From an uncultured bacterium (lineage in GTDB: Bacteria > Actinomycetota > Acidimicrobiia > Spongiisociales > UBA5794), in the NCBI GenBank assembly GCA_963801165.1, contig CAWDDT010000013.1, positions 64,001 through 128,000 on the forward strand: DNA of 64,000 nucleotides. The letters are read 5' to 3'. The position numbers and the translations under genes are program-made. The notes under the pieces were generated by a model. That model ran no database searches, had not been told where the DNA came from, and saw only the letters and a program-made list of their open reading frames with translations. This document shows positions 18,261 to 28,821 of the stretch, one piece after another (position 1 is the first letter of the stretch; each line of letters begins with the position of its first letter).

Positions 18261-18530
18261 GAGCGGAGAAGAAGACCCGCCCCGATTGCCAGCCCGCTGT
18301 CAGGCCGGCCGCATCGGAAGCAGTCATTCCCTCGAACCCGCACCGGTCAAGCGCCGCCACCAACTCGGCAACCTCATAGCAGTGCTGGGTGAGCGTCACT
18401 CCGCGCCGTGTCCAGCCGTCTTGGCTCTCCACGAACCACGTGAATCGCGGAAATCCAGCACCTCGATCACCCGAACTGCGAAACCACCCCAACGGCGGTT
18501 GTAGATGTCGGCGAAATCGTCGTAGCTCAA
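18238..18530 (-). pseudogene. Internally deleted class I SAM methyltransferase remnant
   Basis: N-terminus [15 protein letters not shown] (TTG overlapping the glyQS stop) joined out of frame to a C-terminus ..LTQHCYEVAELVAALDRCGF..RVFFSALK; SAM-binding core missing. Confidence 0.55.
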
Positions 18531-19834
18531 CGACCCAGACGTTCCACTAGATAGTCGACAACCTTGTCGATCGACACCCTGTCCTGCGCCATCGAGTCCC
18601 GGTCACGCACCGTCACCGCCTGATCCTCGAGAGAGTCGAAGTCGACGGTCACGCAGTACGGCGTACCTATCTCGTCCTGACGGCGGTAGCGACGCCCGAT
18701 TGCCTGGGTTACGTCGTGCTCCACCGGGTAGAGCGGGCGTAGGTCCTGGGCGAGCTTGGCAGAGACCTCGATCAACTCGGTCTTCTTGGAAAGCGGCAAC
18801 ACCGCGACCTTGACCGGAGCGAGACGCTTGTCGAGACGCATCACGGCGCGGGTCTCCCCCCTCACTTCCTCCTCGTCGTATGCGTCGAGAAGAAAAGCAA
18901 AGGTCGTCCGGGTGGCGCCGGCGGCCGGCTCAATGACATAGGGAACGAAGCGCTCTCCGCTGTCCTGGTCGAAGTAGGTGAGGTCCTTGCCCGACATCTC
19001 CATGTGGGCCTTCAGGTCGAAGTCCGTCCTGCTGGCGATACCCTCCAGCTCGTCGAAACCCCAGGGGAAGTTGTAGTCCACGTCAAAAGTGCCGGCCGAG
19101 TAGTGCGACAGCTCCTCGGGCTCGTGCTCCCGGAACCGGAGGTTCTCCTCCTTCATCCCGAGATCGATGTACCACTTCTTGCGTTCGTCGATCCAGTACC
19201 GGAACCACTCGTCGGCTTCCCCGGGCCGGCAGAAGAACTCCATCTCCATCTGCTCGAACTCGCGGGTGCGGAAAACGAACTGACCGGGGGTGATCTCGTT
19301 GCGGAACGACTTCCCGATCTGGGCGATACCGAAGGGCAGCTTGAGCCGGGCGGTTCGCCGTACGTTCTCGAAGTTGATGAAGATGCCCTGCGCCGTCTCG
19401 GGGCGGAGGTACACGGAGTTGTCCTCGCTCTCCACCGGGCCCATGTGCGTCTTGAACATCAAGTTGAAGTTCTTCGCCTCGGTGAAGGTACCGCGCTTGC
19501 CACAGGACGGGCATTGGTCGGGGTCGTCTAGCTTGTCCTCGCGGAACCGGTTGTTGCAGTTGGTGCACTCGACCAACGGGTCCGTGAACGACGCCAGATG
19601 CCCGGACGCCTCCCACACCAACGGGGACTGGATGATCGCCGAGTCGAGCCCCACGACGTTGTCACGCATCCGCACCATCGAATGCCACCACTGCTCCTTG
19701 ACGTTGCGGAGCAACTCGACACCGAGCGGTCCGTAGTCGTAGGCCGAGCGGAGACCACCGTAGATCTCCGACGACTGGAAGACGAAGCCGCGCTTCTTGC
19801 TCAGATTGACGATCGTGTCGAAGTCGCTAGGCAT
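18527..19834 (-). CDS. glyQS: Glycine--tRNA ligase (alpha2 type)
   Basis: [39 protein letters not shown]. Confidence 0.97.
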   Translation of the reverse strand: MPSDFDTIVNLSKKRGFVFQSSEIYGGLRSAYDYGPLGVELLRNVKEQWWHSMVRMRDNVVGLDSAIIQSPLVWEASGHLASFTDPLVECTNCNNRFREDKLDDPDQCPSCGKRGTFTEAKNFNLMFKTHMGPVESEDNSVYLRPETAQGIFINFENVRRTARLKLPFGIAQIGKSFRNEITPGQFVFRTREFEQMEMEFFCRPGEADEWFRYWIDERKKWYIDLGMKEENLRFREHEPEELSHYSAGTFDVDYNFPWGFDELEGIASRTDFDLKAHMEMSGKDLTYFDQDSGERFVPYVIEPAAGATRTTFAFLLDAYDEEEVRGETRAVMRLDKRLAPVKVAVLPLSKKTELIEVSAKLAQDLRPLYPVEHDVTQAIGRRYRRQDEIGTPYCVTVDFDSLEDQAVTVRDRDSMAQDRVSIDKVVDYLVERLGR

Positions 19835-19901
19835 ATCACGTCCAGATAGGGATTTGGTCCGGAATGATAGGTCGGCTCCGGCGGGCTCGGGATGACGGGT
19901 A

Positions 19902-20672
19902 TCAGCCGTCGGTCGCGGCGTCGCCCGCATCCGCTCCTGACGTGTCCCTGGCGCTCCCAAACCGTCTGTCCCGCGCTTGGTACTCGGCAACACAGGCGAC
20001 GAGCGTGTTGCGGTTGAAATCGGGCCACAGCACCGGTGTAAAGACATACTCGGCGTACGCAGACTCCCACAACAAGTAATTGCTCGTCCGCTGCTCGCCG
20101 CTGGAGCGGATCACAAGGTCGGGATCGGGCATCTCCGGGAGGTAGAGACGGGCAGCAACCGCGGCGATGTCGACTTCTTCCGGGTCCAGATCACCCGCGG
20201 CTGCCTCGGAAGCGATTCGGCGCGCCGCGTCTGCCAGCTCCGCCCGTCCCCCGTAGTTGAACGCAAACACCAGATGCAGCGTCTCGTTAGCCTTCGTCAG
20301 CGCCTCAGCGGCGCGAATCTCCTCACGCAGCTCGTCGGGGACCCTCGGGTCGTCACGATCACCGATGAAGTGAATCCGCACGCCCTTCTGCTTCATCTCG
20401 TTGCGGCGACGGCGCAGCAGGTCGATGTTGAAGTGCATCAGGAACTCGACCTCAACAGCGTCCCTGGCCCAGTTCTCGGTGGAGAACACGTATGCGCTGA
20501 GCCACTCGACACCAAGATCCAGGGCACCCTCGATGACGTCAAATAGCGCCGGCTCACCGGCGGCGTGGCCCTGCGTCCGATGCAGGCCCCGAGCGTTGGC
20601 CCAGCGGCCGTTGCCGTCGAGGATGAGCCCGACGTGTCGGGGCACGCGGCTGCGATCGACATCGTCATGCAT
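19902..20672 (-). CDS. uppS: Polyprenyl diphosphate synthase
   Basis: [34 protein letters not shown]. Confidence 0.95.
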   Translation of the reverse strand: MHDDVDRSRVPRHVGLILDGNGRWANARGLHRTQGHAAGEPALFDVIEGALDLGVEWLSAYVFSTENWARDAVEVEFLMHFNIDLLRRRRNEMKQKGVRIHFIGDRDDPRVPDELREEIRAAEALTKANETLHLVFAFNYGGRAELADAARRIASEAAAGDLDPEEVDIAAVAARLYLPEMPDPDLVIRSSGEQRTSNYLLWESAYAEYVFTPVLWPDFNRNTLVACVAEYQARDRRFGSARDTSGADAGDAATDG

Positions 20673-21384
20673 CGAGCACCGCCAGCGATTGGATCTGCCG
20701 CTCCAGATGGTATTCGATGAATCGCCTGGCGACCCCTCGTGCCTCGCCGGCGAACGTCGCGTCGGGCAGTGGGAGCTCCGCAAGGTCCGCCGCCGCCAGG
20801 ACGGCCATGTACTCGGTGAGCCCCGTACGCAATGCGTATGCCCCTGCGGTGCGGCATCGCTCGCAGAGCACGCCACCCGCATCGAAACTGAACCGGGTGA
20901 GGTCGGTAGTCGTGCCGCAACCGGCACACCGATCGAGAGCCGGGGCGACTCCGATGACCTCGGCTGCTTTCAGCAGGAACGCTGAGATCAGGTCGGGGTG
21001 GGGCGGAGCGGCGTCGAGCGCTCGTAAGCCGCGCTGGAGCAGCAGGAAGAGCCGCACCGATCCCTCGTTCTCCTGAGCTACGGCATCGGCCACCTCGACC
21101 ATGGCGCCCCCGGCCATGACCCGATCGAGGTCCGACCGCAACGCAGGGAACGCCTCGATCAGCTCGACCTGGGTGATCGTGTCGAGGTTCCTTCCTTCGT
21201 AGAGGATGAGATCGACGTGGCTGAACGTCTCGAGACGCCCGCCGAAGCGACTCTTCGTCTTCCGGATGCCCTTGGCAACGGTGCGCAGCTTGCCGTGGTT
21301 CGGGCTGAGCAGGACGATGACCTTGTCCGCCTCACCGAACGGGAACGAACGCAGCACGATCCCCTGGTCGTGACGGATCGCCAT
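20665..21384 (-). CDS. recO: DNA repair protein RecO
   Basis: GEADKVI, AKGIRKTKSRFGGRLE, CxxC...CxxC. Confidence 0.96.
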   Translation of the reverse strand: MAIRHDQGIVLRSFPFGEADKVIVLLSPNHGKLRTVAKGIRKTKSRFGGRLETFSHVDLILYEGRNLDTITQVELIEAFPALRSDLDRVMAGGAMVEVADAVAQENEGSVRLFLLLQRGLRALDAAPPHPDLISAFLLKAAEVIGVAPALDRCAGCGTTTDLTRFSFDAGGVLCERCRTAGAYALRTGLTEYMAVLAAADLAELPLPDATFAGEARGVARRFIEYHLERQIQSLAVLDA

Positions 21385-22256
21385 CAGAACCCGAGCCTGT
21401 CGAGCGTGCCCTCACGTGTTTGCCAGTCATCCTCGACGCGGACGTGAATGTCGAGAAAGACGGGACCGGCAAAAAAGCGTTCCAGGTCGCTTCTGGCCGC
21501 ACCGCCCACCTCCCGCAGCAGCGAACCGCCCTTGCCGATCACGATCCCCTTTTGCGACTTGCGCTCCACGTACGCAGTTGCGGCGACATAGGTGGTGCCG
21601 TTGGCACGCACTTCGATCTCGTCAACAACGATCGCGAGGGAGTGCGGCAGCTCTTCCCGAAGCCTGTGGAGGAACTTCTCCCTGATCAGCTCGGCGGCAT
21701 ACAACTGGTCGGGCTGATCCATGTGGACGTCGGTGGGGAAAAACTGCGGTCCCTCCACGAGCAGCGGTGCAATCTCGTCGAGAATCAGGTCTACCCCGTC
21801 ACCCGTTCGGGCCGACACCGGAACGTAGCCCGCAAAATCCCATTTTGCAGCCGCGGCCAGTTGTCCCAAGATCTGCTCATGACTGGCGACGTCCGTCTTG
21901 TTGGCAACGACGATCACCATGGCCTTTGCGGCGATGAGCCGCTCTGCGATCAGCCGGTCCCCAGGACCGATCTTCTCTGTAGTGTCGAGGACGAAGAGGA
22001 CGCCGTCTGTGTCCTCGAGCGAGCCGTAGACGAGCCGGTTGAGCCGGTTGCCCAGCGCGGTCTTCGGCTTGTGGAGCCCGGGAGTGTCGACGAACACGAT
22101 CTGCCGGTCCGGGTCGTTGCGGATGCCGCGGATGGTGTTCCGCGTCGTCTGCGGGCGTGGCGATGTGATGGCCACCTTCTCCCGCACCAGCGCATTGACC
22201 AGCGTCGACTTACCGACGTTGGGCCGCCCCACGACAGAGACAAACCCGGTCCTCAT
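21384..22256 (-). CDS. era: GTPase Era
   Basis: GRPNVGKST, QTTR, DTPG, NKTD, KH domain VIGKGG. Confidence 0.97.
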   Translation of the reverse strand: MRTGFVSVVGRPNVGKSTLVNALVREKVAITSPRPQTTRNTIRGIRNDPDRQIVFVDTPGLHKPKTALGNRLNRLVYGSLEDTDGVLFVLDTTEKIGPGDRLIAERLIAAKAMVIVVANKTDVASHEQILGQLAAAAKWDFAGYVPVSARTGDGVDLILDEIAPLLVEGPQFFPTDVHMDQPDQLYAAELIREKFLHRLREELPHSLAIVVDEIEVRANGTTYVAATAYVERKSQKGIVIGKGGSLLREVGGAARSDLERFFAGPVFLDIHVRVEDDWQTREGTLDRLGF

Positions 22257-23419
22257 GGGTGCAGCCGGATCTGGGCGACACGGCGGCCCTGGACCTTCTC
22301 CACGGTGAGGGTGTGTGCGTTGAACTCGAATGTCTCGCCTTCGTCGGGCACCCTTCCGGCCAGGCCGAGGATCAAACCGCCGACCGTGTCCCAGTCCTCG
22401 TCGGGGATGGTGGATCCGATCAGATCACCGAGATCGTCGATGTCGAGGCGAGCGTCGATCAGGTAGGTGCCGTCGGCCTCCGAGACGATCATCGGCTCCT
22501 CCTCGTCGTACTCGTCTGCGATCTCGCCCACCAACTCCTCGAGGAGGTCCTCGATGGTGACCAGCCCGGCGGTGCCACCGAACTCGTCGACGGCGATGGC
22601 CATGTGCACCTGGTTTGCCTGCATCTCGCGAAGCAGATCCGGGACACGCTTCGTTTCCGGAACAAAGTAGGCGTCGCGCATCAAATCCCTGGCAAGACGC
22701 GGGCCGGAATGGTCGTCCCACAGCTGTAGTAAATCCCGAGCGTAGAGCACCCCGAGGATGTCATCGGTGTCGTCGCCAAAAACGGGGATACGCGACTTGC
22801 CACTCTCGAGGAAGAGATCGAGCGCGTGCTCGCTCGATGTGTCGGCGCCAACCGTGACCATGTCGGGCCGGGGGACCATCACCTCACGGACGATGGCGTC
22901 GGTGAAGTCGAGCACCTGGGAGATCAGCTTGCGCTCATGTGCCTCCATGAGGGTGCCCTCGTCTGTCTTGTCCTCCTCCTCGTCGAGATCCGCCACGAGG
23001 TCGGCGGTCGTCTGACCGAGGCGGATCATTGCCGCGAGCAGCCCGGCAAAGCGATAGGCGATGGTCCGGGGGCGATTGCGGCCGAGGGTTCGCGGGATCA
23101 CGTCGCCGAAGACGATCACCACCAGACCGAGGACGACGATTGAAACCACCAACACCGGCCCATCGTTGAGCCTGGTCAGCGCCCACGCCGCGGGCAACAC
23201 GGCCAGCACCAACAACCCTGTGCCGACGAGGCCCAGGGCGGGCTGAATCAACGCCCGGTTGGTGAGCAGATCGGCGATCCGCTCGGCGCGGGGGTCGTTG
23301 TCACGGGCGTCGTGGAGCGCATCGGCACGCGGGGTGCGCACCAGCGAGGCGCCTGCCGCCCGCAGCACCGCAGTGAGCAGTATGAGTATGGCGGAGAGGA
23401 TCAACGCCGCGGTGGTCAC
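22253..23419 (-). CDS. HlyC/CorC (CNNM-CBS) transporter family protein
   Basis: TM region, VREVMVPR, SRIPV, VDEFGGTAGLVTIEDLLEELVGEI; start GTG 23419. Confidence 0.92.
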   Translation of the reverse strand: MTTAALILSAILILLTAVLRAAGASLVRTPRADALHDARDNDPRAERIADLLTNRALIQPALGLVGTGLLVLAVLPAAWALTRLNDGPVLVVSIVVLGLVVIVFGDVIPRTLGRNRPRTIAYRFAGLLAAMIRLGQTTADLVADLDEEEDKTDEGTLMEAHERKLISQVLDFTDAIVREVMVPRPDMVTVGADTSSEHALDLFLESGKSRIPVFGDDTDDILGVLYARDLLQLWDDHSGPRLARDLMRDAYFVPETKRVPDLLREMQANQVHMAIAVDEFGGTAGLVTIEDLLEELVGEIADEYDEEEPMIVSEADGTYLIDARLDIDDLGDLIGSTIPDEDWDTVGGLILGLAGRVPDEGETFEFNAHTLTVEKVQGRRVAQIRLHP

Positions 23420-23490
23420 CGCCGCCCCCTCCCGTCGACCGCGGCGACGACCAGGATCACATCGAAGATCAGAGCCACACCGACAATCAC
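23416..23490 (-). CDS. 24-aa hydrophobic mini-ORF coupled to both neighbours
   Basis: MIVGVALIFDVILVVAAVDGRGRR; GTGA overlaps with the ybeY stop and with the next start. Confidence 0.45.
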   Translation of the reverse strand: MIVGVALIFDVILVVAAVDGRGRR

Positions 23491-23948
23491 TGTCGAGTCC
23501 TCCCCACGAGTGCCAGGATCTCACGCTCGCGCTGTTCCATTGCCTCGGCTTCCTCCTCGATCACGTGATCACGACCGAGCAGGTGGAGGATCCCGTGGAC
23601 GACCATGAGCGCCATCTCATCTTCGAAGGGTACCCCGGCGCCGGCAGCGTTGGCACGCACCACGGCGGGACAGATGAAGATATCGCCCAGCAACAGCGGT
23701 GGGCCGTCGTCGCCTCGCAGCGGGACGCCATCGGTAAAGTCCTCGATCGGGAAGGACAGGACATCGGTCGGACCGGTCTTACCCATGTGCTCGCCGTTGA
23801 GACCGGCCATCCGGGCCCCATCGATCAGGGTGACGGCAAGCTCGGTCGTCTCCGGCAACGACTCGGCACGCATGGCTACGGCGGCGAGGTCGACCAGCCA
23901 GTCGCTGGGGAGCGGGTCGTCCTGTTCGTCTGTAAAGGCAACTTCCAT
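23487..23948 (-). CDS. ybeY: rRNA maturation RNase YbeY
   Basis: PTDVLSFP, HGILHLLGRDH. Confidence 0.96.
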   Translation of the reverse strand: MEVAFTDEQDDPLPSDWLVDLAAVAMRAESLPETTELAVTLIDGARMAGLNGEHMGKTGPTDVLSFPIEDFTDGVPLRGDDGPPLLLGDIFICPAVVRANAAGAGVPFEDEMALMVVHGILHLLGRDHVIEEEAEAMEQREREILALVGRTRQ

Positions 23949-26420
23949 CAGGCGGGCTCTACCTGGGGGCCCGGGAAGCCCGGGTATGGAACCCGGGTGT
24001 GGTAGTAGCCAAGAAGGGATTCAACGAGGGCCGCCTTCACGCGGGTGAGGTCACCGAAAGTGAGTGCCGACTCGTCTAGCTGATGGTCGTCGAGCTTCTC
24101 CCCCACAACCGCGTCGACCACCTTGGTGATGCTCTCCGCCGTCGGCTCCTGCTGCTGGGCATGCGCCCGAGCGGCGCCCTCGACGGCGTCGCAGAGCATC
24201 AGGATGGCCATCTCCTTGCGCTTCGGCTTCTCCCCATGGTGCCGGAATAGCTGAGGGTCGACCTCAGGATCCGCCTCGAGCGCCTCGTGGTAGAAGTAAC
24301 GCATCAGACCTGTGCCGTGGTGACAACGGATACCTTCGGCGATCTCGGGCGGAAGTCGGTATTGACGGGCCAGCTTCAGCCCATCGGTGACATGGGAGCG
24401 GATGATGCGGCAGGAATCGACCGGATCCAGATCGTCGTGTGGGTTGGTGATGCTGAACTGATTCTCGATGAAGTAGACCGGGTCCTCGACCTTGCCCAGA
24501 TCGTGATAGAACGCCGCTGCCTGCGCCAGCAGCGGGTCCGCTCCGATAGCGCGCGCCGCTTTCCCGGCCAGGGTACCGACCAGAATCGAGTGGTTGAAGG
24601 TCCCCGGGGCTTTGTCTTCGATGAGCCGCAACGCTGGGTGGTTTCTGTCGACGAGATCGAGCAAGGTGAGCGTGGTCGTCATCCGAAACAGGTTTTCGAA
24701 GAACGAAACCAGGCTCTGGGCTATCAACCCGGCAACAACACCACCAATCAGAGCGAAGAGGGCCGCCTCCCACCGGGTTGCCTCGCCACGAAACAGCCAC
24801 GCGATGGCGAACGCCAACGGAGCGAGCACCATTGCCGACCAGGCGACCGCAACCCGTAGCTCGCGCCGGCTGGATACAGATGACACGAACGCAACCGGAG
24901 CGACCGTGGCTGCGGCGGCAAACACTGTGATGGCGGGATCTGCGGTCGACATGCCAACAAACGTGGTTACCGGTACGGCCATCAGGACTGCGGTACGTGG
25001 GTCGTAGAGGATCGCAGCCACATACCCGAATAGCATCGCCGGTATCGCGAACCCGAGCGATGCGAAACTGCCGTCGGTGCCGTCTACCAGCTCGGGAATG
25101 CGGGACGCGAGCGCGGCCAACACCAGCAAGATGCCCAGCAAGGCGAAATGCTTTGGTGCCGACCACTGACCAGGAGCCAGCCGCCATAGGAAGAAGGCGG
25201 TCAATCCCACTGCAAGCGCTCCAAGCAGGACGATCGCCTTGCGCGACGTCCCGGGAGCCTTCTCAACGAGATCGAGCTTGTTGATGGCGTCGACCTGAAC
25301 CTGATCCAGCGTTTCCCCCTCGTTGGCAATCACCTCCCCCACCACATACGTCTTCTGCTGGGTCTCAACCTGAGCCTCGGCCGCTACCCGGGTCGACTCG
25401 GTTGCAGCATCGTCGACTGCCTTGTTTGGAAGCAACTCATCAGCGACCAACTCGCCGATCGCGTCGTGGGCAAGCTCCTGCTCCTCGACCGATAGCACCG
25501 GCACGTAGATCAACGAGGTCGGCCCGCGCAGCTCCGCCTGCAGTGTGGGCAGATCGTCCTGCGTTATCCCTTGCGACATGAGCTTCTCGGCCAAATCGCT
25601 CGTCGCGCTCGATGATCGCGTCGAAGCGAGATGCCTCTCCGTTCTCGATCCGATCGAGATCGTTGCTATACAAGGTGACAAAGTCAGGGACCGATTGGAG
25701 ATCGGGGTAGTCGACCTGCAACTTGGCAACCCAGTCGTCGATGCTGCGCCGGGGCAGCGTGGTCGTGGTCACCTCGGGAATGGTCGTCGTCGTTGTTGTC
25801 GTGGTGCTGCTGGTGTCGCCCGTGCCGCTTGACGTGGAGGTCGACGTCGACGTGGAGGTCGTTGTCGATGCGGCCACGCTCGCATCGACAACGAGACCGG
25901 TGTCGTCAACCGCCCGCTGATCCATGCCGGCAAGCGTGTCGCGGATCTGCTGCCGAGTAGCCTCGTCGGGAATCGTACCGACCAGTATGATCTTCTTCGG
26001 GCTGTCCTGTACCTGAACCTCCCCTCCGGTGACACTGATGATGGCGTCGACGGCGGTCTGTAGATCCGACTTGGCCGCCTCCAGATTCAGCTCGTCCACC
26101 GTCATCGTGGAGAGCCTGGCGAGTTCATCGAAGAAAGCGGCAAAGCGCCTGCGTACACCGGTGAGCACGGTCCCGTCGATCTTCCACACGGACGCTTCCG
26201 CCAAGCGCGCCTGCTGACGGGCTTCTGCCGTCGCGGCATCGTCATCCACGTTGATGGTTTGCGTGGCGACGTACTGGGCGGGTGACGGTGATCCAACTTT
26301 GACTACAACCGCCGGGGCGGCGCCCGCCCGACCCACGACCAGTACCGCACCGACGAAGACGATCGTCACCGCGATGACCAGGAGATTCAACGGAATCGCA
26401 TAGCGGCGGTAGAAGTTCAT
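23948..26420 (-). CDS. 7TM-HD phosphohydrolase (PgpH-like), split by a frameshift near 25605
   Basis: APGTFNHS, YHDLGK, YFIENQ, HHGT, CDAVE and several TM helices; ORFs 25440-26420 and 23948-25729 are two halves; conserved phoH-HD-ybeY order. Confidence 0.85.
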
Positions 26421-27406
26421 TGCTGGCCCTCCCGCAGCTTCTCCTCGTAGCGGCGGTAGGCCTCGACGATGGCGGCGACGATCCGATGCCGGACGACGTC
26501 GCGACCGGTCAGTTCGATAAACGCAATCCCCGGTACGTGGCGCAGCACCTGGCGGATCGTTCGGAGACCCGACAGCCTGCCGCCGTCGAGATCCACCTGC
26601 GTTACGTCACCGGTGACGATCATCTTCGAGTTGAAACCCAGTCTCGTGAGAAACATCTTCATCTGCTCTGGCGATGTGTTCTGCGCTTCGTCCAGCACGA
26701 CGAACGCATCGTTGAGGGTTCTCCCTCTCATATAAGCGAGCGGAGCTATCTCAATAGTTCCCTTCTCCATCAGTCGCGAGGTTTCCTCAGGCCCGAGCAT
26801 CTCATATAGGGCGTCATATAGCGGCCGCAGATACGGGTCGACCTTGGCGGTCAAATCGCCTGGGAGAAAACCCAGCCGCTCCCCAGCCTCCACAGCCGGC
26901 CGGGTCAGGATGATGCGCCGCACCGATCCCGCTTGCAGCGCCTCGATGGCGCAGGCCATCGCCAGGTAGGTCTTGCCGGTGCCGGCGGGACCGATCCCGA
27001 AGACCATCGTGTTGTCCCGCACCGCGTCCACGTAAATCTTCTGACCGTGCGTCTTGGGCCGCACGTGTTTGCCCCGCCCCACGTTGATGGATTCCGTGAA
27101 CACCCCGGAGGGCGAGGGGACGTCCTTCTTGACCATGTCGATGACCCTCGCCACACGGTCCTCATCGAGCGACTCCCCCTCCTGGATCAGGATGAGCAAC
27201 TCGGCGAAGGCAGTACGGGCCATCTCGCCGGAGCCGGACGACCCGTCATCGTCGATGACGATCTCGTTGCCGCGGGCGACGATGCGCGCCTCGGGGAACG
27301 CGTCGTCGACCTGGGACAGGTAGACGTCACGTTCGCCCAGCAGATCAACCATCAGGTGGTTGCTGGGAACGCGAATACGGATCTGGGTGGTAGGAGGGGT
27401 GGTCAC
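26417..27406 (-). CDS. phoH: PhoH-like ATPase
   Basis: GPAGTGKT, RPAVEAGERLGFLPG, LDEAQN. Confidence 0.95.
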   Translation of the reverse strand: MTTPPTTQIRIRVPSNHLMVDLLGERDVYLSQVDDAFPEARIVARGNEIVIDDDGSSGSGEMARTAFAELLILIQEGESLDEDRVARVIDMVKKDVPSPSGVFTESINVGRGKHVRPKTHGQKIYVDAVRDNTMVFGIGPAGTGKTYLAMACAIEALQAGSVRRIILTRPAVEAGERLGFLPGDLTAKVDPYLRPLYDALYEMLGPEETSRLMEKGTIEIAPLAYMRGRTLNDAFVVLDEAQNTSPEQMKMFLTRLGFNSKMIVTGDVTQVDLDGGRLSGLRTIRQVLRHVPGIAFIELTGRDVVRHRIVAAIVEAYRRYEEKLREGQQ

Positions 27407-27512
27407 GGAGAAATCAATCGGTCGACTACCGCGAAAGAATCACAGTTACGCAAGGCAGCAGTATATCCAGGCTGGGAGCAAGCGGATGAATTGGCAGTAG
27501 GTACCAAACGGC

Positions 27513-27983
27513 CTAATCGCCGTCCGAGGTGACGCCGAGCTCGGTGAGACGCTCGCTGAAACCCTGTTCGGATTGGTCGAGGAGCATAGCGAGCATCCGC
27601 AGGTCGTTGGCCCGAATCGTGAGCACACGGCCGTTGAAATCCTGGCGCAGCATCTGGATACCCCTCAGAAAGCGCTCGACGACCTGGCCGTCCTGACCGG
27701 AGAGACGCTCGACCTGGTTGAGGTCGATAGTCACACCCTCGGCGGCAGCATGTGGCGTCGGGCTGTCATCCTGCGGAAGCAGCTGCAGGATCGGCACACT
27801 GAAGAACTGCGCCAGCCGCTGCAATCGGGGCAGAGACAGGCTGCGCTCACCCCTCTCGTATGCGCCAAGCACCGCAGCCTTGAACTCTTGATCAGACAGC
27901 TTCTGCACGTCCTGTAGCGACAAACCCCTCTGTCGCCGGATCGAGCGGAGCCGTTCTCCCACCATCTCGTTGTAACTCGGCAT
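27513..27983 (-). CDS. bldD: BldD-like XRE regulator
   Basis: LRSIRRQRGLSL..FKAAVLGAYERGER N-domain; C-terminal RQD-FNGRVLTI-RAND equals RxD-x8-RxxD. Confidence 0.85.
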   Translation of the reverse strand: MPSYNEMVGERLRSIRRQRGLSLQDVQKLSDQEFKAAVLGAYERGERSLSLPRLQRLAQFFSVPILQLLPQDDSPTPHAAAEGVTIDLNQVERLSGQDGQVVERFLRGIQMLRQDFNGRVLTIRANDLRMLAMLLDQSEQGFSERLTELGVTSDGD

Positions 27984-28042
27984 CAATATCTCCTCAGCCC
28001 TCCACGGAGCCCAGCGCATCGCGACCGCTCTGCGTAGCCAAC

Positions 28043-28059
28043 ATCATAACCGAGCGTTA
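28043..28059 (-). promoter_or_regulatory. Candidate BldD box overlapping the -10 of bldD
   Basis: TAAC-CGAGC-GTTA (28047-28059) fits TNAC-N5-GTNA; TATGAT on the minus strand at 28048-28043. Confidence 0.6.
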
Positions 28060-28150
28060 CCTCTCTGTCTCAATTCACTAGCCAGATTTGCCCCTACATC
28101 GCCAAAACATGACCTGTCGCCGATCTGACGGCTCTCACCGTCGCAGCGTC

Positions 28151-28819
28151 CTAGCCGTCACCAGAGCCGTACAACATCAGTGCGGCCCCCACAATCGCCG
28201 CCGTTTCCACCCGGAGCACAGGGTCTCCAAGGTGGACGCGCGGTGCTCCCTCCGGAATCTCCGCAGGCGCCCACCCACCCTCAGGGCCTATGCACAACAC
28301 CGGATCAGCGACGTCATCGAGATGGTACGGCTGTCTGCCGCCACGCTCGGCAAACACGGGAGTCCCCCACCCGCTGAGCTCGCCGATCGTCACCGGGCCG
28401 GCGATTGCCATGAGCCACACCCCTCCGGACTGCTCGAGCGCCGCCCGGGCCCAGGCACCGGCCTTTTCCGGTCTGGGAGGCTTGCCCTGGCCGTGCTCGG
28501 TACGAAGCCAGAGCAACCGGCCGATCCCCAGCTCGCCGAGCTTCTCGACGAGAAATCTGACCCGAGAGCTGCTGTGGGGAGGAGCGACGGCGACGGTGAC
28601 CGGGCCGGAGCGTGACAGCGTTCGCTCGTCGCCTCGCACCAGCGAGGCCCCCTCCCACGCGCCGTTGCCGAGAAGGCCGGCGCCGTCGGTGTAGGTGACA
28701 GAACCGCCGTCCGGGTAACGGAGCACCTTCTCGAGGTGCCGGCGCGTCTCGACATCTACCTCGATTGCCCCATCCGGTCCCGGCGGGGGCACCAGCAGAT
28801 GAGGTTGGTGCCTGCCCAC
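28151..28819 (-). CDS. rsmE: 16S rRNA m3U1498 methyltransferase
   Basis: HLEKVLR, EKLGELG, IGPEGG, LRVETAA. Confidence 0.92.
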   Translation of the reverse strand: MGRHQPHLLVPPPGPDGAIEVDVETRRHLEKVLRYPDGGSVTYTDGAGLLGNGAWEGASLVRGDERTLSRSGPVTVAVAPPHSSSRVRFLVEKLGELGIGRLLWLRTEHGQGKPPRPEKAGAWARAALEQSGGVWLMAIAGPVTIGELSGWGTPVFAERGGRQPYHLDDVADPVLCIGPEGGWAPAEIPEGAPRVHLGDPVLRVETAAIVGAALMLYGSGDG

Positions 28820-28821
28820 GA

